The notes: a model not told the origin generated them from the letters alone. Shown: positions 43,801-53,087, numbered from the stretch's first letter. The stretch: DNA of 64,000 bases from an uncultured Acidobacteriaceae bacterium (GCA_963730865.1 CAVSTO010000016.1:14718-78717), one strand, 5' to 3'. Program-made: numbers and translations.

Positions 43801-45735
43801 ATGAACATCCATCACAAACTGCGCATCGGTCTGATTGCCGCACTCGTCCTCCTGACAGCTTTGGGCTTTGCCTCGCAGAGACGTCTCAAGACGTCGGCGG
43901 ACCGTGCAGCGTTGGTATCGCGCACGCACGACGTTGTCGCCGCGCTCGAAGGGATCTCGGCCGCCGTGCACCTGGCCGAGTGCAATCAACGAGGATATCT
44001 GCTGACCCAGTCGCCCAGCCTGAAGGCCGGCTTTACCCAGGCCAAGGCCGATGTTATAACTCGCTTTACGCACGTTCGTTCCAGCACCGTTGACCCGATC
44101 CAACAGCGCCGGCTCGATCGTCTCAGACCGCTACTGGATGAGGCGCTAGCGACGCAAGAGACGTATGTCACGATCGCCCATACCGACCCGCGTAGAGCCG
44201 CGTTCCAGTATGAGTCGGCGATCAGCCGCGATCAAACGCGTATGCAGCGCATTCAGGCCGCTTTTCGGGAACTGGAAAGCGATGAGGAGAGGTTGCTCGC
44301 AGCCCGCACCCAGGGTTCAACGGAAGCCTCCACCTGGGCGGCGGAGCTGACCGGCGCCGGCACCTTGGTCGGCCTGGCTTTTGTTGCCATTTGCGCTCTA
44401 TGGATCAGCCGCGATCTGCGCCACTGCGAGGAAGCGGAAGGAACTTTGCGCCAGGTTCGCGAGGGACTCGAAATGCGCGTCCAGGAGCGCACCGCCGATC
44501 TGTCGAAGAGCGCCGCATCGCTCGAAGCCGAAATCGCCGAACGGCGCAGCACAGAGGCGCAGTTGCGTGACAGCGAACAACGTTACCGGTTGCTGTTTGA
44601 AGACAGCCCCCTGCCTATGGAAGTGTTCGATCCAGACACGCTCGCTTATCTGGCCGTCAACATCGCCGCCGCAGAACTGTACGGATACTCGCGCGAGGAG
44701 TTTCTGACCATGACTCTGCTCGACATCCGGCCTCCTGACGAAGTGACCGCCTTCTCGCAATACCTGGAAACCGTCAAGGACGCCGACTGGTACGGCGGCA
44801 CCTTTGTGACCCGTCATAAGAGCGGCAGATTGATCACCATCGAAGCCAAAGTGCGAACCATCGAATTCGGAGGCCGGAAAGCGCGGCTGAAGCTGGTTAC
44901 CGATATTACCGAAAAAAAGCGCCTCGAGACGCAACTCCAACAGGCCCAGAAAATGGACGCCATTGGGAGGCTGGCGGGCGGCGTGGCGCACGATTTCAAC
45001 AATCTGCTCATGGTCATCCTGGGCTACAGCGACAGCATCCTGAATAAACTCGACGACGCGGATCCCATTCGCGACAAAGTATCTGAAATTCACGCTGCCG
45101 GGCAGCGGGCGGCCAACCTCACCAGCCAGTTGCTGGCCTTCAGCCGCAAACAGATTTTGCAAATGCAAACCGTGCGGTTGAACGCGGTCGTTTCCAATAT
45201 CAGCACGATGCTGCGGCGTCTATTGGGCGAGGACATCGAAATCGTGTTGCATCTCGAAGACGGCCTGGGCGAGATCTTGGCCGATCCCACCCAACTCGAA
45301 CAAGTGCTGCTGAACTTGTCCGTCAACGCGCGCGACGCCATGCCCCAGGGCGGTCAGTTAACCATCGAAACCTGCAACGTCGAACTCGATCCGGAATCGG
45401 CTTTACTCGAGGACATCGCGCCGGGGAAATATGTACAACTGATCGTTAGCGACACCGGCAAGGGCATGAGTGAAGCCATCCGGAGCAAAGTGTTCGAACC
45501 GTTTTTCACCACCAAGGAAGTAGGTAAAGGCACGGGTCTCGGTTTGTCGATGGTGCTCGGCGTGGTGCAACAAAGCGGCGGGACGATTACCTTAGATTCG
45601 GAAATCGGCCTGGGCACAACCTTCAAAATATCTTTTCCTTTGCTCGACGACGCCGGTCGCGCCTCCCGAGGAATCCGCCGAATCGAATTTGCTTCCCGCT
45701 CCGGCTGCCCAAAATGCGACCATTCTACTCGTTGA
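43801..45735 (+). CDS. CHASE3-PAS sensor histidine kinase (probably the N-terminal part of a hybrid kinase)
   Basis: ATG 43801 (MNIHHKLRIGLIAALVLLTALG). CHASE3 (VSRTHDVVAALEGISAAVHLAECNQRGYLLT), a second TM, a coiled coil, PAS (YRLLFEDSPLPMEVFD), the H-box GGVAHDFNNLL, the N-box LNLSVNARDAM, and G-boxes DTGKGM and GKGTGLGLSMV. The ORF-track start at 43519 overlaps the Hpt gene. Confidence 0.85.
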   Translation: MNIHHKLRIGLIAALVLLTALGFASQRRLKTSADRAALVSRTHDVVAALEGISAAVHLAECNQRGYLLTQSPSLKAGFTQAKADVITRFTHVRSSTVDPIQQRRLDRLRPLLDEALATQETYVTIAHTDPRRAAFQYESAISRDQTRMQRIQAAFRELESDEERLLAARTQGSTEASTWAAELTGAGTLVGLAFVAICALWISRDLRHCEEAEGTLRQVREGLEMRVQERTADLSKSAASLEAEIAERRSTEAQLRDSEQRYRLLFEDSPLPMEVFDPDTLAYLAVNIAAAELYGYSREEFLTMTLLDIRPPDEVTAFSQYLETVKDADWYGGTFVTRHKSGRLITIEAKVRTIEFGGRKARLKLVTDITEKKRLETQLQQAQKMDAIGRLAGGVAHDFNNLLMVILGYSDSILNKLDDADPIRDKVSEIHAAGQRAANLTSQLLAFSRKQILQMQTVRLNAVVSNISTMLRRLLGEDIEIVLHLEDGLGEILADPTQLEQVLLNLSVNARDAMPQGGQLTIETCNVELDPESALLEDIAPGKYVQLIVSDTGKGMSEAIRSKVFEPFFTTKEVGKGTGLGLSMVLGVVQQSGGTITLDSEIGLGTTFKISFPLLDDAGRASRGIRRIEFASRSGCPKCDHSTR

Positions 45736-46435
45736 GGATGAAAAACAACTCCGCACGTTGGCGCGTGAGGTACTCAAGGAAGCAGGCTACACCGTCCTTG
45801 AGGCCAGCAATGGCAAGGACGCCTTACGAGTAGCCGATAGGCTCACTGCTCCGCCTTCGCTATTGCTCACAGACGTGGTAATGCCCGAAATGGGCGGCCC
45901 GCAACTCGCCGAGGAATTGCAAAAGAAGTGGCCGCGGCTTTCCGTCATCTTCACATCCGGCTACACCGAGCATGCGCTGCTCGGCGGCGATCTACACGGC
46001 GATGTGCCGTTCCTGCAGAAACCTTACATGCCGGGACAATTGCTCGAGCAGGTTGCTCAAGTCCTCGACCGCGAACGCTTGAATACTGTGTTGATAGCCG
46101 AAGACGACGAGGATGTCCGTTTTCAACTGCGTACCCACCTGGAGCACGCAGGGTATCAGGTCATTGAGGCAGTGAACGGAGAAGAAGCGATGCGGCAAAT
46201 CAACGCTCATCCGGTCAAACTTGTCATCACAGATCTGTTCATGCCTGAGAAGGATGGGCTCGAGTTGATTGCAGAACTGCGAAAACATCATCCGGCCATC
46301 AAAATTCTCGCTCTCTCGGGAGCACAGAGCGGCACGTTTCTTAAGTTGGCGAGCACATTGGGAGCAGATGTTGTACTCCCGAAGCCGTTTCTTCACGAAC
46401 AAGTCACTCAAATGGCCGAATCCCTGCTGGTCTGA
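45689..46435 (+). CDS. Tandem receiver (REC-REC) protein, likely the C-terminal part of the upstream kinase
   Basis: Two REC domains (TILLVEDEKQLR...LLLTDVVMPEMGG...IFTSGY and TVLIAEDDEDVR...LVITDLFMPEKDG...ILALSG). There is no ATG start. The frame stays open upstream of TTG 45689 as ..TPVAPPEESAESN.. and overlaps the kinase ORF tail by 47 nt. Confidence 0.8.
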   Translation: MLPAPAAQNATILLVEDEKQLRTLAREVLKEAGYTVLEASNGKDALRVADRLTAPPSLLLTDVVMPEMGGPQLAEELQKKWPRLSVIFTSGYTEHALLGGDLHGDVPFLQKPYMPGQLLEQVAQVLDRERLNTVLIAEDDEDVRFQLRTHLEHAGYQVIEAVNGEEAMRQINAHPVKLVITDLFMPEKDGLELIAELRKHHPAIKILALSGAQSGTFLKLASTLGADVVLPKPFLHEQVTQMAESLLV

Positions 46436-46556
46436 GGCGGAGGACCTGAGAAAGAGAATTTCGAGAGATCGTTGCAAGTGGTCGGCCATCCACCCGCTCA
46501 CGGGCGCATCCAAACCACTCCCCTGATTGGCGGATAATATTCGAGAAGGAGAACAG

Positions 46557-47522
46557 ATGCCGCGCCTGAACCTTTTGCTTTTGATCCTTCTTAGCCTCGC
46601 CCCATTCTGCAGCAGCCAAACCGACTCCGAGCCTCAGTTCAAAGGATCGCTCGTCGCACCGAGATACGCGGGCGGATATGTGTTCGATTGGGACCCTCCG
46701 CAGTTCAGCAGATTCTTTCTATACGGGCCGGATACGAAACCGCTGTACTCTCTGCCCGCGAGGGGAGGCGACCACATCGTCTATACCAGTTGGACAGCCG
46801 ACGTCGATGGTACTGTGGCGCAAGGCTACTGGAATCCAGAGTGGCGGGGGCGAATCGATGTGATCGACACGTCAGGCAAGGCGCTGCATACAATCGACAC
46901 GGGTTCTTATATGCCAACGCGAGTCACGTTCGGCCCCGATCGCACCATTTGGGCTGTGGGCTTTGTCGCAGAATACGACTCCCAGGGCGAAGACTTCAAC
47001 GTTATCCGCCATTACACCCGAACCGGAGAACAACTCGGACAAGCGCTTCCGTGGTCCCAGATCGCAGAGAATCACAACGCATATACGGCTCTCCAAGGCG
47101 TTATCGGAGGAATATGGTTGTTCTCTGCCGGCGACCGCATCGGTTTTCTATCCCTGTGTGACGTTGGAAGAGCAAAGTGGATCGAGGTCAGTTTTGACGG
47201 TAAATTGCTGGGACAATATGGTCTCGGTTCATATGGCATTCTCTCCTTTCAACCTCGAGCCATGACCTCCAGCGGCAATGTCTACGCGAGCAGGTATCAG
47301 GACGGCAGCGCCAATGGATATGCCGTTCTCGACCGCTCGACCGGCACCTGGAACCAGGTCACCGGTTATCCAAAAGGAGAACTCATCGGAACCGATGGCG
47401 ACAATCTCGTTTTCTCGCAACGGGATGGCGGCTGGACAGTCCTTCATCAGGTGGCGAGCGCGGCTCTAACGGTGCAAAAGACAGATTTGACGGCGAGCAC
47501 CCGCGCGGCTGAATACAGGTAG
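46557..47522 (+). CDS. Secreted hypothetical protein
   Basis: ATG 46557 is preceded by AAGGAGAA. It has the signal peptide MPRLNLLLLILLSLAPFCSSQ. The Trp/Tyr/Gly-rich repetitive strands suggest a beta-propeller-like fold (inference). Confidence 0.55.
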   Translation: MPRLNLLLLILLSLAPFCSSQTDSEPQFKGSLVAPRYAGGYVFDWDPPQFSRFFLYGPDTKPLYSLPARGGDHIVYTSWTADVDGTVAQGYWNPEWRGRIDVIDTSGKALHTIDTGSYMPTRVTFGPDRTIWAVGFVAEYDSQGEDFNVIRHYTRTGEQLGQALPWSQIAENHNAYTALQGVIGGIWLFSAGDRIGFLSLCDVGRAKWIEVSFDGKLLGQYGLGSYGILSFQPRAMTSSGNVYASRYQDGSANGYAVLDRSTGTWNQVTGYPKGELIGTDGDNLVFSQRDGGWTVLHQVASAALTVQKTDLTASTRAAEYR

Positions 47523-47552
47523 GCTTCGTTCGCATCCGGGTTGTGCTTTCGG

Positions 47553-48749
47553 TTAATGCTTCACCGGGAAGAAAGCGATCAGTCCGATCGTCGCGGTCGA
47601 CTGGCTCTTCGATACTCCCGCCTGGTTGCCATGATCGAAGTAGTCGACATTGGAGCCATCGTGCCGGTATTCGGCGCGCGCCAAAAGTCCATCTAACATC
47701 TTGTATTCACCCGTAAGAGTAAATTCGTGCAGCTTCTGTGGAGTGCCGGTGGTGAAGCCGGTTGCGTCGTCGTAATATTCCGCTCGAGGACTGAATGCGA
47801 ACAATTTGCTGATTTGCCAGTGAGCGGCTGCCGCGAAGCCGATCCAATGGTTAGAGCCCGACAACAACGCGTGTTGCCGGCCATAATCGAAATTCAGGTA
47901 GGCATTGAATTTGTCGCTCGGCGTCAGCAGCAGAGTCGTGTCGTACAGGTTGCGGTCGCCGCGAGTAATGGCTGTATACTGCGGGCCAACGTAATAGTTG
48001 TTGCTCCAGGTGAACTTCTTGCGTGTCACCGCGCTCGTGAGCCCAACGGTCTGCATATTGTTGCCGTGCGTGTCTACGATTTCGTTCCAGCCGTCTACCA
48101 CTTGAACGCCTACATTCACGCTGCTGCCGATCGGCATCGAGGTGCGTATCCCGAAGTGATAGTAGGGAACCGCAAGAGAGAAAAGCAGTGAGCGCGAGTA
48201 GTTCCAGTTATCCTTCGTCTCAATCACTTCAGCGCCTGCTGAAGTTACGAAATCGCCGAAATCAGCCTCGAAGCCTTTCCAAGTTTTCGGTTTAACGCTG
48301 ACATAAGCCTGCTCGATAAATTTAAAGCCGGCCGGGTCGGGCGTGGGATTATGCATCAGCTCAAAAGTGCGCCCAAGACCGACATCCACTCGAAAGCCGA
48401 TCGGATCTGGATCATGGCTTATCGTCAGCTTCAGCATGTTCAGATCTACCTGATTCGTTCTGTCATCGAAATTGTAGAGTTCGTTGAATCCGGCCAGCGG
48501 ATGGTTATTGTTGAAGCTGTAGTAGCCGTCGAACATTCCGGCGAAATCGATGCCATCGAATCGCACGCCCGACGTAGAAAATGCCGTAGACGCCGACGCC
48601 GGTGCAGGGGCTGGAGTTGTTGCCGGAGCGGCGCTCCCTCCCTGGCCTTCCGGATTTGGCATCGGCGCGGTCGCGGGGGTTTGCGCCATGCTGTTTACAC
48701 AGACCAGGATGGAGCAGAAGAGCACAGCTTTGACCGGAAGTGATCCCAT
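47553..48749 (-). CDS. Outer-membrane beta-barrel porin-like protein
   Basis: Signal peptide MGSLPVKAVLFCSILVCVNSMAQ, an Ala/Pro-rich linker, and alternating amphipathic strands ending in an aromatic C-terminus (..GLIAFFPVKH). It resembles OmpL-like/porin-2 type barrels. Confidence 0.6.
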   Translation of the reverse strand: MGSLPVKAVLFCSILVCVNSMAQTPATAPMPNPEGQGGSAAPATTPAPAPASASTAFSTSGVRFDGIDFAGMFDGYYSFNNNHPLAGFNELYNFDDRTNQVDLNMLKLTISHDPDPIGFRVDVGLGRTFELMHNPTPDPAGFKFIEQAYVSVKPKTWKGFEADFGDFVTSAGAEVIETKDNWNYSRSLLFSLAVPYYHFGIRTSMPIGSSVNVGVQVVDGWNEIVDTHGNNMQTVGLTSAVTRKKFTWSNNYYVGPQYTAITRGDRNLYDTTLLLTPSDKFNAYLNFDYGRQHALLSGSNHWIGFAAAAHWQISKLFAFSPRAEYYDDATGFTTGTPQKLHEFTLTGEYKMLDGLLARAEYRHDGSNVDYFDHGNQAGVSKSQSTATIGLIAFFPVKH

Positions 48750-49055
48750 GGTTGCCTCGTATTAGATTGGATTCGACACGGGACGGAGTGCCGGGTCACG
48801 GCGGGGTGAGTCCCAATCGTACACTTTTGCGATCAGGATTTCTAATAGAAAGTTTAGATCGCCCTCTACTGCTTATCGGTAGAATCGAAAAATTCGATTG
48901 TGTAAGCGTCCACGTTACGCTAACTCTATAGAGTCGCTACTGCTCTGCATGTGGAAGGGGCCACACTCTGCGCCGCGAACCAGCCAAGCTGCTGCCGCGG
49001 TCGCCCGGCCCCGGAAGCGATCAGCAACATCGTTAATCTATTCAATAGGAGAGCA

Positions 49056-50486
49056 ATGCCCAACGAGCTTCATGACTATCTGTCCCTTTCGTATTCAGAG
49101 TTAGAGGAACTCAACCTGAAGGCGAAGGAACAACGGAAGAACCGCGTGCCTATGGACAAGATGCGCGAGGATCGGTTGAAATACCTGACCGACGAAAAGC
49201 GCATCAAAGCGGTGACGGTTCTGTTCAGCGATCTCGAAGGCCGTCTCCACATGTTGGATTACGACAAAAACTTCCTCACGAAGAGCTGGGACAATCTCAC
49301 CTTCGACGGCTCTTCCATTCGAGGCTTCACCGCTCAACGCGAAAGCGACTTGCGGCTGGGGATGGACTGGGGCGCCTTCTACTGGGCTCCCGGCGATGTC
49401 TTCGGAACCGGCAAAGTGATGGTTTTTGGGGAGGTGATCGACAAAGACGGCTCTCCCTACAGCGCCGATGTACGTGGTGTCCTGAACGCGTACGCGCACA
49501 GCATGTACGACAAGCACAAGTACACGCTCAATGCCGCCAACGAGATTGAAGGGTTCCTCTTCAAAGGTCACGACGCCGAGCGGCACTATAACCAGACCCA
49601 AAAATTCGATTACGTAAACACCGGCGGCTACTATCACTCCTTGCCCGGAGACCCGCTTCGTCTGTTCATCGATACCTCGGCCGAAGTGCAGCGCGCGATG
49701 GGCTTCCAAAACGAGAAAGATCATCCGGAAGTCGCTCCTTCCCAGTTTGAGATCAATTACAGCTATGCGGACGTGGTTGCGGCGGCCGATCAGATTCAGC
49801 TCTATAAGCTGATCTGCCGGCAAGTCGCTACCAGGATGGGCCTGACCGCCAGTTTTCTTCCCAAGCCGGTTGTCGGCGTGAACGGAAACGGCATGCACAC
49901 CAACGTTTCCATTAGCCAGAACGGCAAAAATCTGTTCTGGGATCCTAAAGGTGAAGAGAAGCTCAGCAAGTTCGGTTGGGATTTCGTCGATCGCATCCTG
50001 ACGCACGGTAACGACATCTGCTTACTGCTGAACGCCAGCGTGAATGCGTATCGTCGTCTGGACCCGCACTTCGAAGCGCCGAATCAGCTCAAAGCTTCGG
50101 CCGTAGACCGCGGCTCGATGGTCCGCATACCGCTAGGGAACGAGCGAAGCGCGCGCGTTGAAGTTCGTTCGGTAGCCCCAGATGCGAATCCCTACATGGT
50201 CCTGCTCTCTGTCTTTCAGACCGGCATCGAGGGAACCATATCGGATACCGAGAATCTTCGTGGTGCGGCGCGCTATCTGCCCGACAATATCTACGACGCG
50301 ATCGAGAACTTCAGGAAATCCGAATGGATCAGCAAGCTTCTGGGAGAAGATGTGAAGGGACGTTACGCAGACCTGAAACAGGCCGCCGCGGACCGGTGCC
50401 CCCGCCTGCTTGGCACATTCGTTAAGCCTCCGGAGGTTCAGTACCACCACGAGGTTTATAACCAGTTCCTCTGGAATCTTTTTTAG
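49056..50486 (+). CDS. glnA: Glutamine synthetase family protein
   Basis: ATG 49056 is preceded by AGGAGAG. Motifs: FSDLEGRLHMLD (beta-grasp), HPEVAPSQFEINYSY, GNGMHTNVSI, NAYRRL, SMVRIP and RVEVRSVAPDANPY. Confidence 0.85.
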   Translation: MPNELHDYLSLSYSELEELNLKAKEQRKNRVPMDKMREDRLKYLTDEKRIKAVTVLFSDLEGRLHMLDYDKNFLTKSWDNLTFDGSSIRGFTAQRESDLRLGMDWGAFYWAPGDVFGTGKVMVFGEVIDKDGSPYSADVRGVLNAYAHSMYDKHKYTLNAANEIEGFLFKGHDAERHYNQTQKFDYVNTGGYYHSLPGDPLRLFIDTSAEVQRAMGFQNEKDHPEVAPSQFEINYSYADVVAAADQIQLYKLICRQVATRMGLTASFLPKPVVGVNGNGMHTNVSISQNGKNLFWDPKGEEKLSKFGWDFVDRILTHGNDICLLLNASVNAYRRLDPHFEAPNQLKASAVDRGSMVRIPLGNERSARVEVRSVAPDANPYMVLLSVFQTGIEGTISDTENLRGAARYLPDNIYDAIENFRKSEWISKLLGEDVKGRYADLKQAAADRCPRLLGTFVKPPEVQYHHEVYNQFLWNLF

Positions 50487-50553
50487 GCTGCGCGTCCAAC
50501 GTTAGTAGGCCTGAAGTGTTTCTCGCGCTTGAGGTCCGCGAGAAGAGGTGCCG

Positions 50554-50934
50554 TCATTGTCCGGAGCCGGTCGGACCAAGATGAATATTCGAGGTGGAAG
50601 GTGGCCGTCGAAAAGGCGGCTTCCTTGCGGTCTTTTTCATCGCCTTCTCTGTCGCTCTTTTTTCCCGCTCCACCAGCAGCGGAGCAAAGTCCTCGTCGAC
50701 AACCCGATAATTACGGAATTTTTCCAAAGAGCTGCGGCCGGCCAGAGAAGCTGCTGTCAACAGGCTAAGACAAAACATCGGACCGTCTTGCACGGGGACG
50801 TGCTTCCGGGATAAAAGCGGCAGATCGACTTCAATCGAGAAAACACTGGCAGGCTGGACTTCACTCTCCAGAAATCTGAAAGACCTTCTATCGCTCTCGT
50901 TCGTGAAACCCTGATAGGCGAAATACATAACCAC
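50554..50934 (-). CDS. Hypothetical protein
   Basis: 126-aa ORF with a basic C-terminal tail. No family recognised. Confidence 0.4.
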   Translation of the reverse strand: MVMYFAYQGFTNESDRRSFRFLESEVQPASVFSIEVDLPLLSRKHVPVQDGPMFCLSLLTAASLAGRSSLEKFRNYRVVDEDFAPLLVEREKRATEKAMKKTARKPPFRRPPSTSNIHLGPTGSGQ

Positions 50935-51146
50935 TCCCGTCCTTAACTAGAATAGGTTAATTCCTGTGTTATGTAAAGCTTGGCGGCTTTGGGGGGATCG
51001 GGTATTCAGAAATCCGTTCTACTAGAAAAACATTCCGGTAGTTTGTGCGTCTAACAATATAGAAGCAGTTGCTCTTCTGCGACGGCTTTCCATCACATCA
51101 TCACGGCCCGCCGCGTTTGGCGGAGGACCGCGGAAAAGAGGTTACC

Positions 51147-51614
51147 ATGCGTTGCATTCCCTTGACGCTGGCTCTGTTCGCCGCGCCCCTGCTTCCTTCT
51201 CTCATTGTCGCCGCTGACAACAACCCACCGAATTTCACCGGTACGTGGCAACTCGATACAGCGAAAAGCGCCGATCACAGCGAGAACATCACCTTGAATA
51301 TCCAGGATGACTCCAATAAACTTACCTTGGTCCGCCACGTTCACGAACGGGACGGTAAGGAGGTGGTCTCCCATTTCTCCTGTCCTATCAACGGCAGTCA
51401 ATGCGAATTCGATGAAGGCGATCACAAAGCAAAGGGATCTACCTGGCGCGATGGCGTCAGCTTGTTTGTGCTCGAATCCGATGGGCCTAAAGAGGACTCC
51501 AGCACCGAGTGGCAAATGCAGCTATCGCCGGACGGCAAGACTCTAAACGTTCAATACAATCTGCTCGCCCCAACCGACAAGACCGAAAAGCGCGTTTTCG
51601 ACAAAGTGTCTTGA
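51147..51614 (+). CDS. Secreted hypothetical protein
   Basis: ATG 51147 gives the signal peptide MRCIPLTLALFAAPLLPSLIVAA. The small beta-rich mature part begins NFTGTWQLDTAKS... Confidence 0.55.
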   Translation: MRCIPLTLALFAAPLLPSLIVAADNNPPNFTGTWQLDTAKSADHSENITLNIQDDSNKLTLVRHVHERDGKEVVSHFSCPINGSQCEFDEGDHKAKGSTWRDGVSLFVLESDGPKEDSSTEWQMQLSPDGKTLNVQYNLLAPTDKTEKRVFDKVS

Positions 51615-51758
51615 ACCCGTTCACCGGCCCGCAAAAAAATTCGCAATCCCGTTCCGTTGCTCTAATTCTCTTAAGGCACAGTCGTTTGCCGCATGAACAT
51701 CCCGGTTGAGACGGGTGCCTGTCTCCTCTTTCGTTTTCTTCGGTGTTACCGTGCGGGC

Positions 51759-51950
51759 ATGAAATCCAGTAAGGGCCTGAAGGCGCCGGTTACCAAGCCT
51801 CTTCTCAAAGAGCTTGTGACTCGCCAAAAAGCCGATCTAAAAAAACAAACCCAAACCCCTTCCATCGGATCGAAGCCGTTCGATCCTCCCGCTTTGTACG
51901 AGGATGCGGGCGAAGGCTACAACGCAGACTTTACCTTCCCGCAGGACTAG
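51759..51950 (+). CDS. Small hypothetical protein
   Basis: Internal ATG of ORF 51693..51950 (MKSSKGLKAPVTKPLLKEL...). Lys-rich, 63 aa, with weak support only. Confidence 0.25.
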   Translation: MKSSKGLKAPVTKPLLKELVTRQKADLKKQTQTPSIGSKPFDPPALYEDAGEGYNADFTFPQD

Positions 51951-52046
51951 GGAAGGGGTCTTTAAACCGGGAGCGGGCCGTGATGGCGCGCTCCTTCAAT
52001 CTTCTCGTGCCGCTGTCCTCCATTCGCTACACTGAACCTTCTGGCA

Positions 52047-53087
52047 GTGAGTGAAAAGACCACGTATAGAGATGCCGGCGTTAATATCGACGAGGCGGAA
52101 CGCGCCGTGTCGCGGATTAAACGGTACGCCGCTAAAACCCTCACATCCAACGTCCTGACCTCTATCGGAAGCTTCGGGGCCGGGTTTTCTCTAAAGGGTT
52201 GGCGCGACCCTGTTCTGGTCAGTTCGGCGGATGGTGTCGGTACCAAGCTCAAGATTGCCTTTGCTACCGGCCGTCACGACAGCGTCGGAGAAGACCTTGT
52301 CAATCACTGCATCAACGACATTGCCGTCCAGGGTGCCAAACCGCTTTTTTTTCTGGATTATTTCGCGGTGGGCCAGCTCGACGCCGCAGTTTGCGCCAGC
52401 GTTGTCGCCGGCATCGCGCGCGGCTGTAAAAAGAACGGCTGCGCTCTCATCGGTGGCGAAACGGCGGAAATGCCCGGCATGTACGCAGAAGGTGAGTACG
52501 ACCTCGCCGGCTTCATTGTCGGAGCCGTCGAGCGTAACCGCATGCTCACCGGCGCGGACATAAAACCCGGAGACATTCTCCTCGGCTTACCGTCGCACGG
52601 CCTGCACACCAACGGTTACTCTCTTGCCCGTAAGCTGCTATTCGAAACGGCCGGCCACCAACCGGGCACTCACCTCCCCGAACTGAGCAAAACCGTCGCT
52701 GAAGAACTGCTACGCATTCATCGTTCCTACCTCCGGCCCATTCAAGCGCTCCACACCGCCAAGCTGCTGAAGGGTGCCGCTCATATCACCGGGGGCGGTC
52801 TCACCGACAATGTCCCACGTGTCTTACCGAAAGGTTGCGCCGTCGAAATCGATCCGAAAACGTGGCCGCGCCAGTCCATTTTTGACCTGCTTCAGAGAAT
52901 CGGCAATATTCCGGAAGACGACTTCCGCCGTACTTTCAACCTGGGCGTCGGCATGGTCCTGATCGTCTCGCCCAAGAAGATTGGGTTCGTTTCGCAGATC
53001 CTGAAGAAACTGCGCGAGCCGAATTATGAAATAGGCCGTGTCGTTGCGGCAAAATCCAAGAGGCAACCCAGGGTCCGTTACCTATGA
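52047..53087 (+). CDS. purM: Phosphoribosylformylglycinamidine cyclo-ligase (AIR synthetase)
   Basis: GTG 52047. YRDAGVNIDEAE, SADGVGTKLKIA, DLVNHCINDI, LIGGETAEMPGMY and AHITGGGL are PurM signatures. Confidence 0.95.
   Translation: MSEKTTYRDAGVNIDEAERAVSRIKRYAAKTLTSNVLTSIGSFGAGFSLKGWRDPVLVSSADGVGTKLKIAFATGRHDSVGEDLVNHCINDIAVQGAKPLFFLDYFAVGQLDAAVCASVVAGIARGCKKNGCALIGGETAEMPGMYAEGEYDLAGFIVGAVERNRMLTGADIKPGDILLGLPSHGLHTNGYSLARKLLFETAGHQPGTHLPELSKTVAEELLRIHRSYLRPIQALHTAKLLKGAAHITGGGLTDNVPRVLPKGCAVEIDPKTWPRQSIFDLLQRIGNIPEDDFRRTFNLGVGMVLIVSPKKIGFVSQILKKLREPNYEIGRVVAAKSKRQPRVRYL

Noticed and set aside
50520-50544. An 8-bp stem (TTCTCGCG/CGCGAGAA) with a 9-nt loop between the convergent glnA and the 126-aa ORF, considered as a bidirectional intrinsic terminator.
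   Set aside because: No U-tract follows on either strand and the stem is short. I cannot support a terminator call from sequence alone.
51975-51990. GGGCCGTGATGGCGCG upstream of purM resembles the 5' core (GGGUCGUGACUGGCG) of the ZTP/pfl riboswitch, which often precedes purine genes.
   Set aside because: The other required elements are not present in the right order between here and the purM start at 52047. These are the ACCGGGG sub-domain downstream of the core and the 3' CCGCCUGGGC pseudoknot strand. The match is a single short segment.
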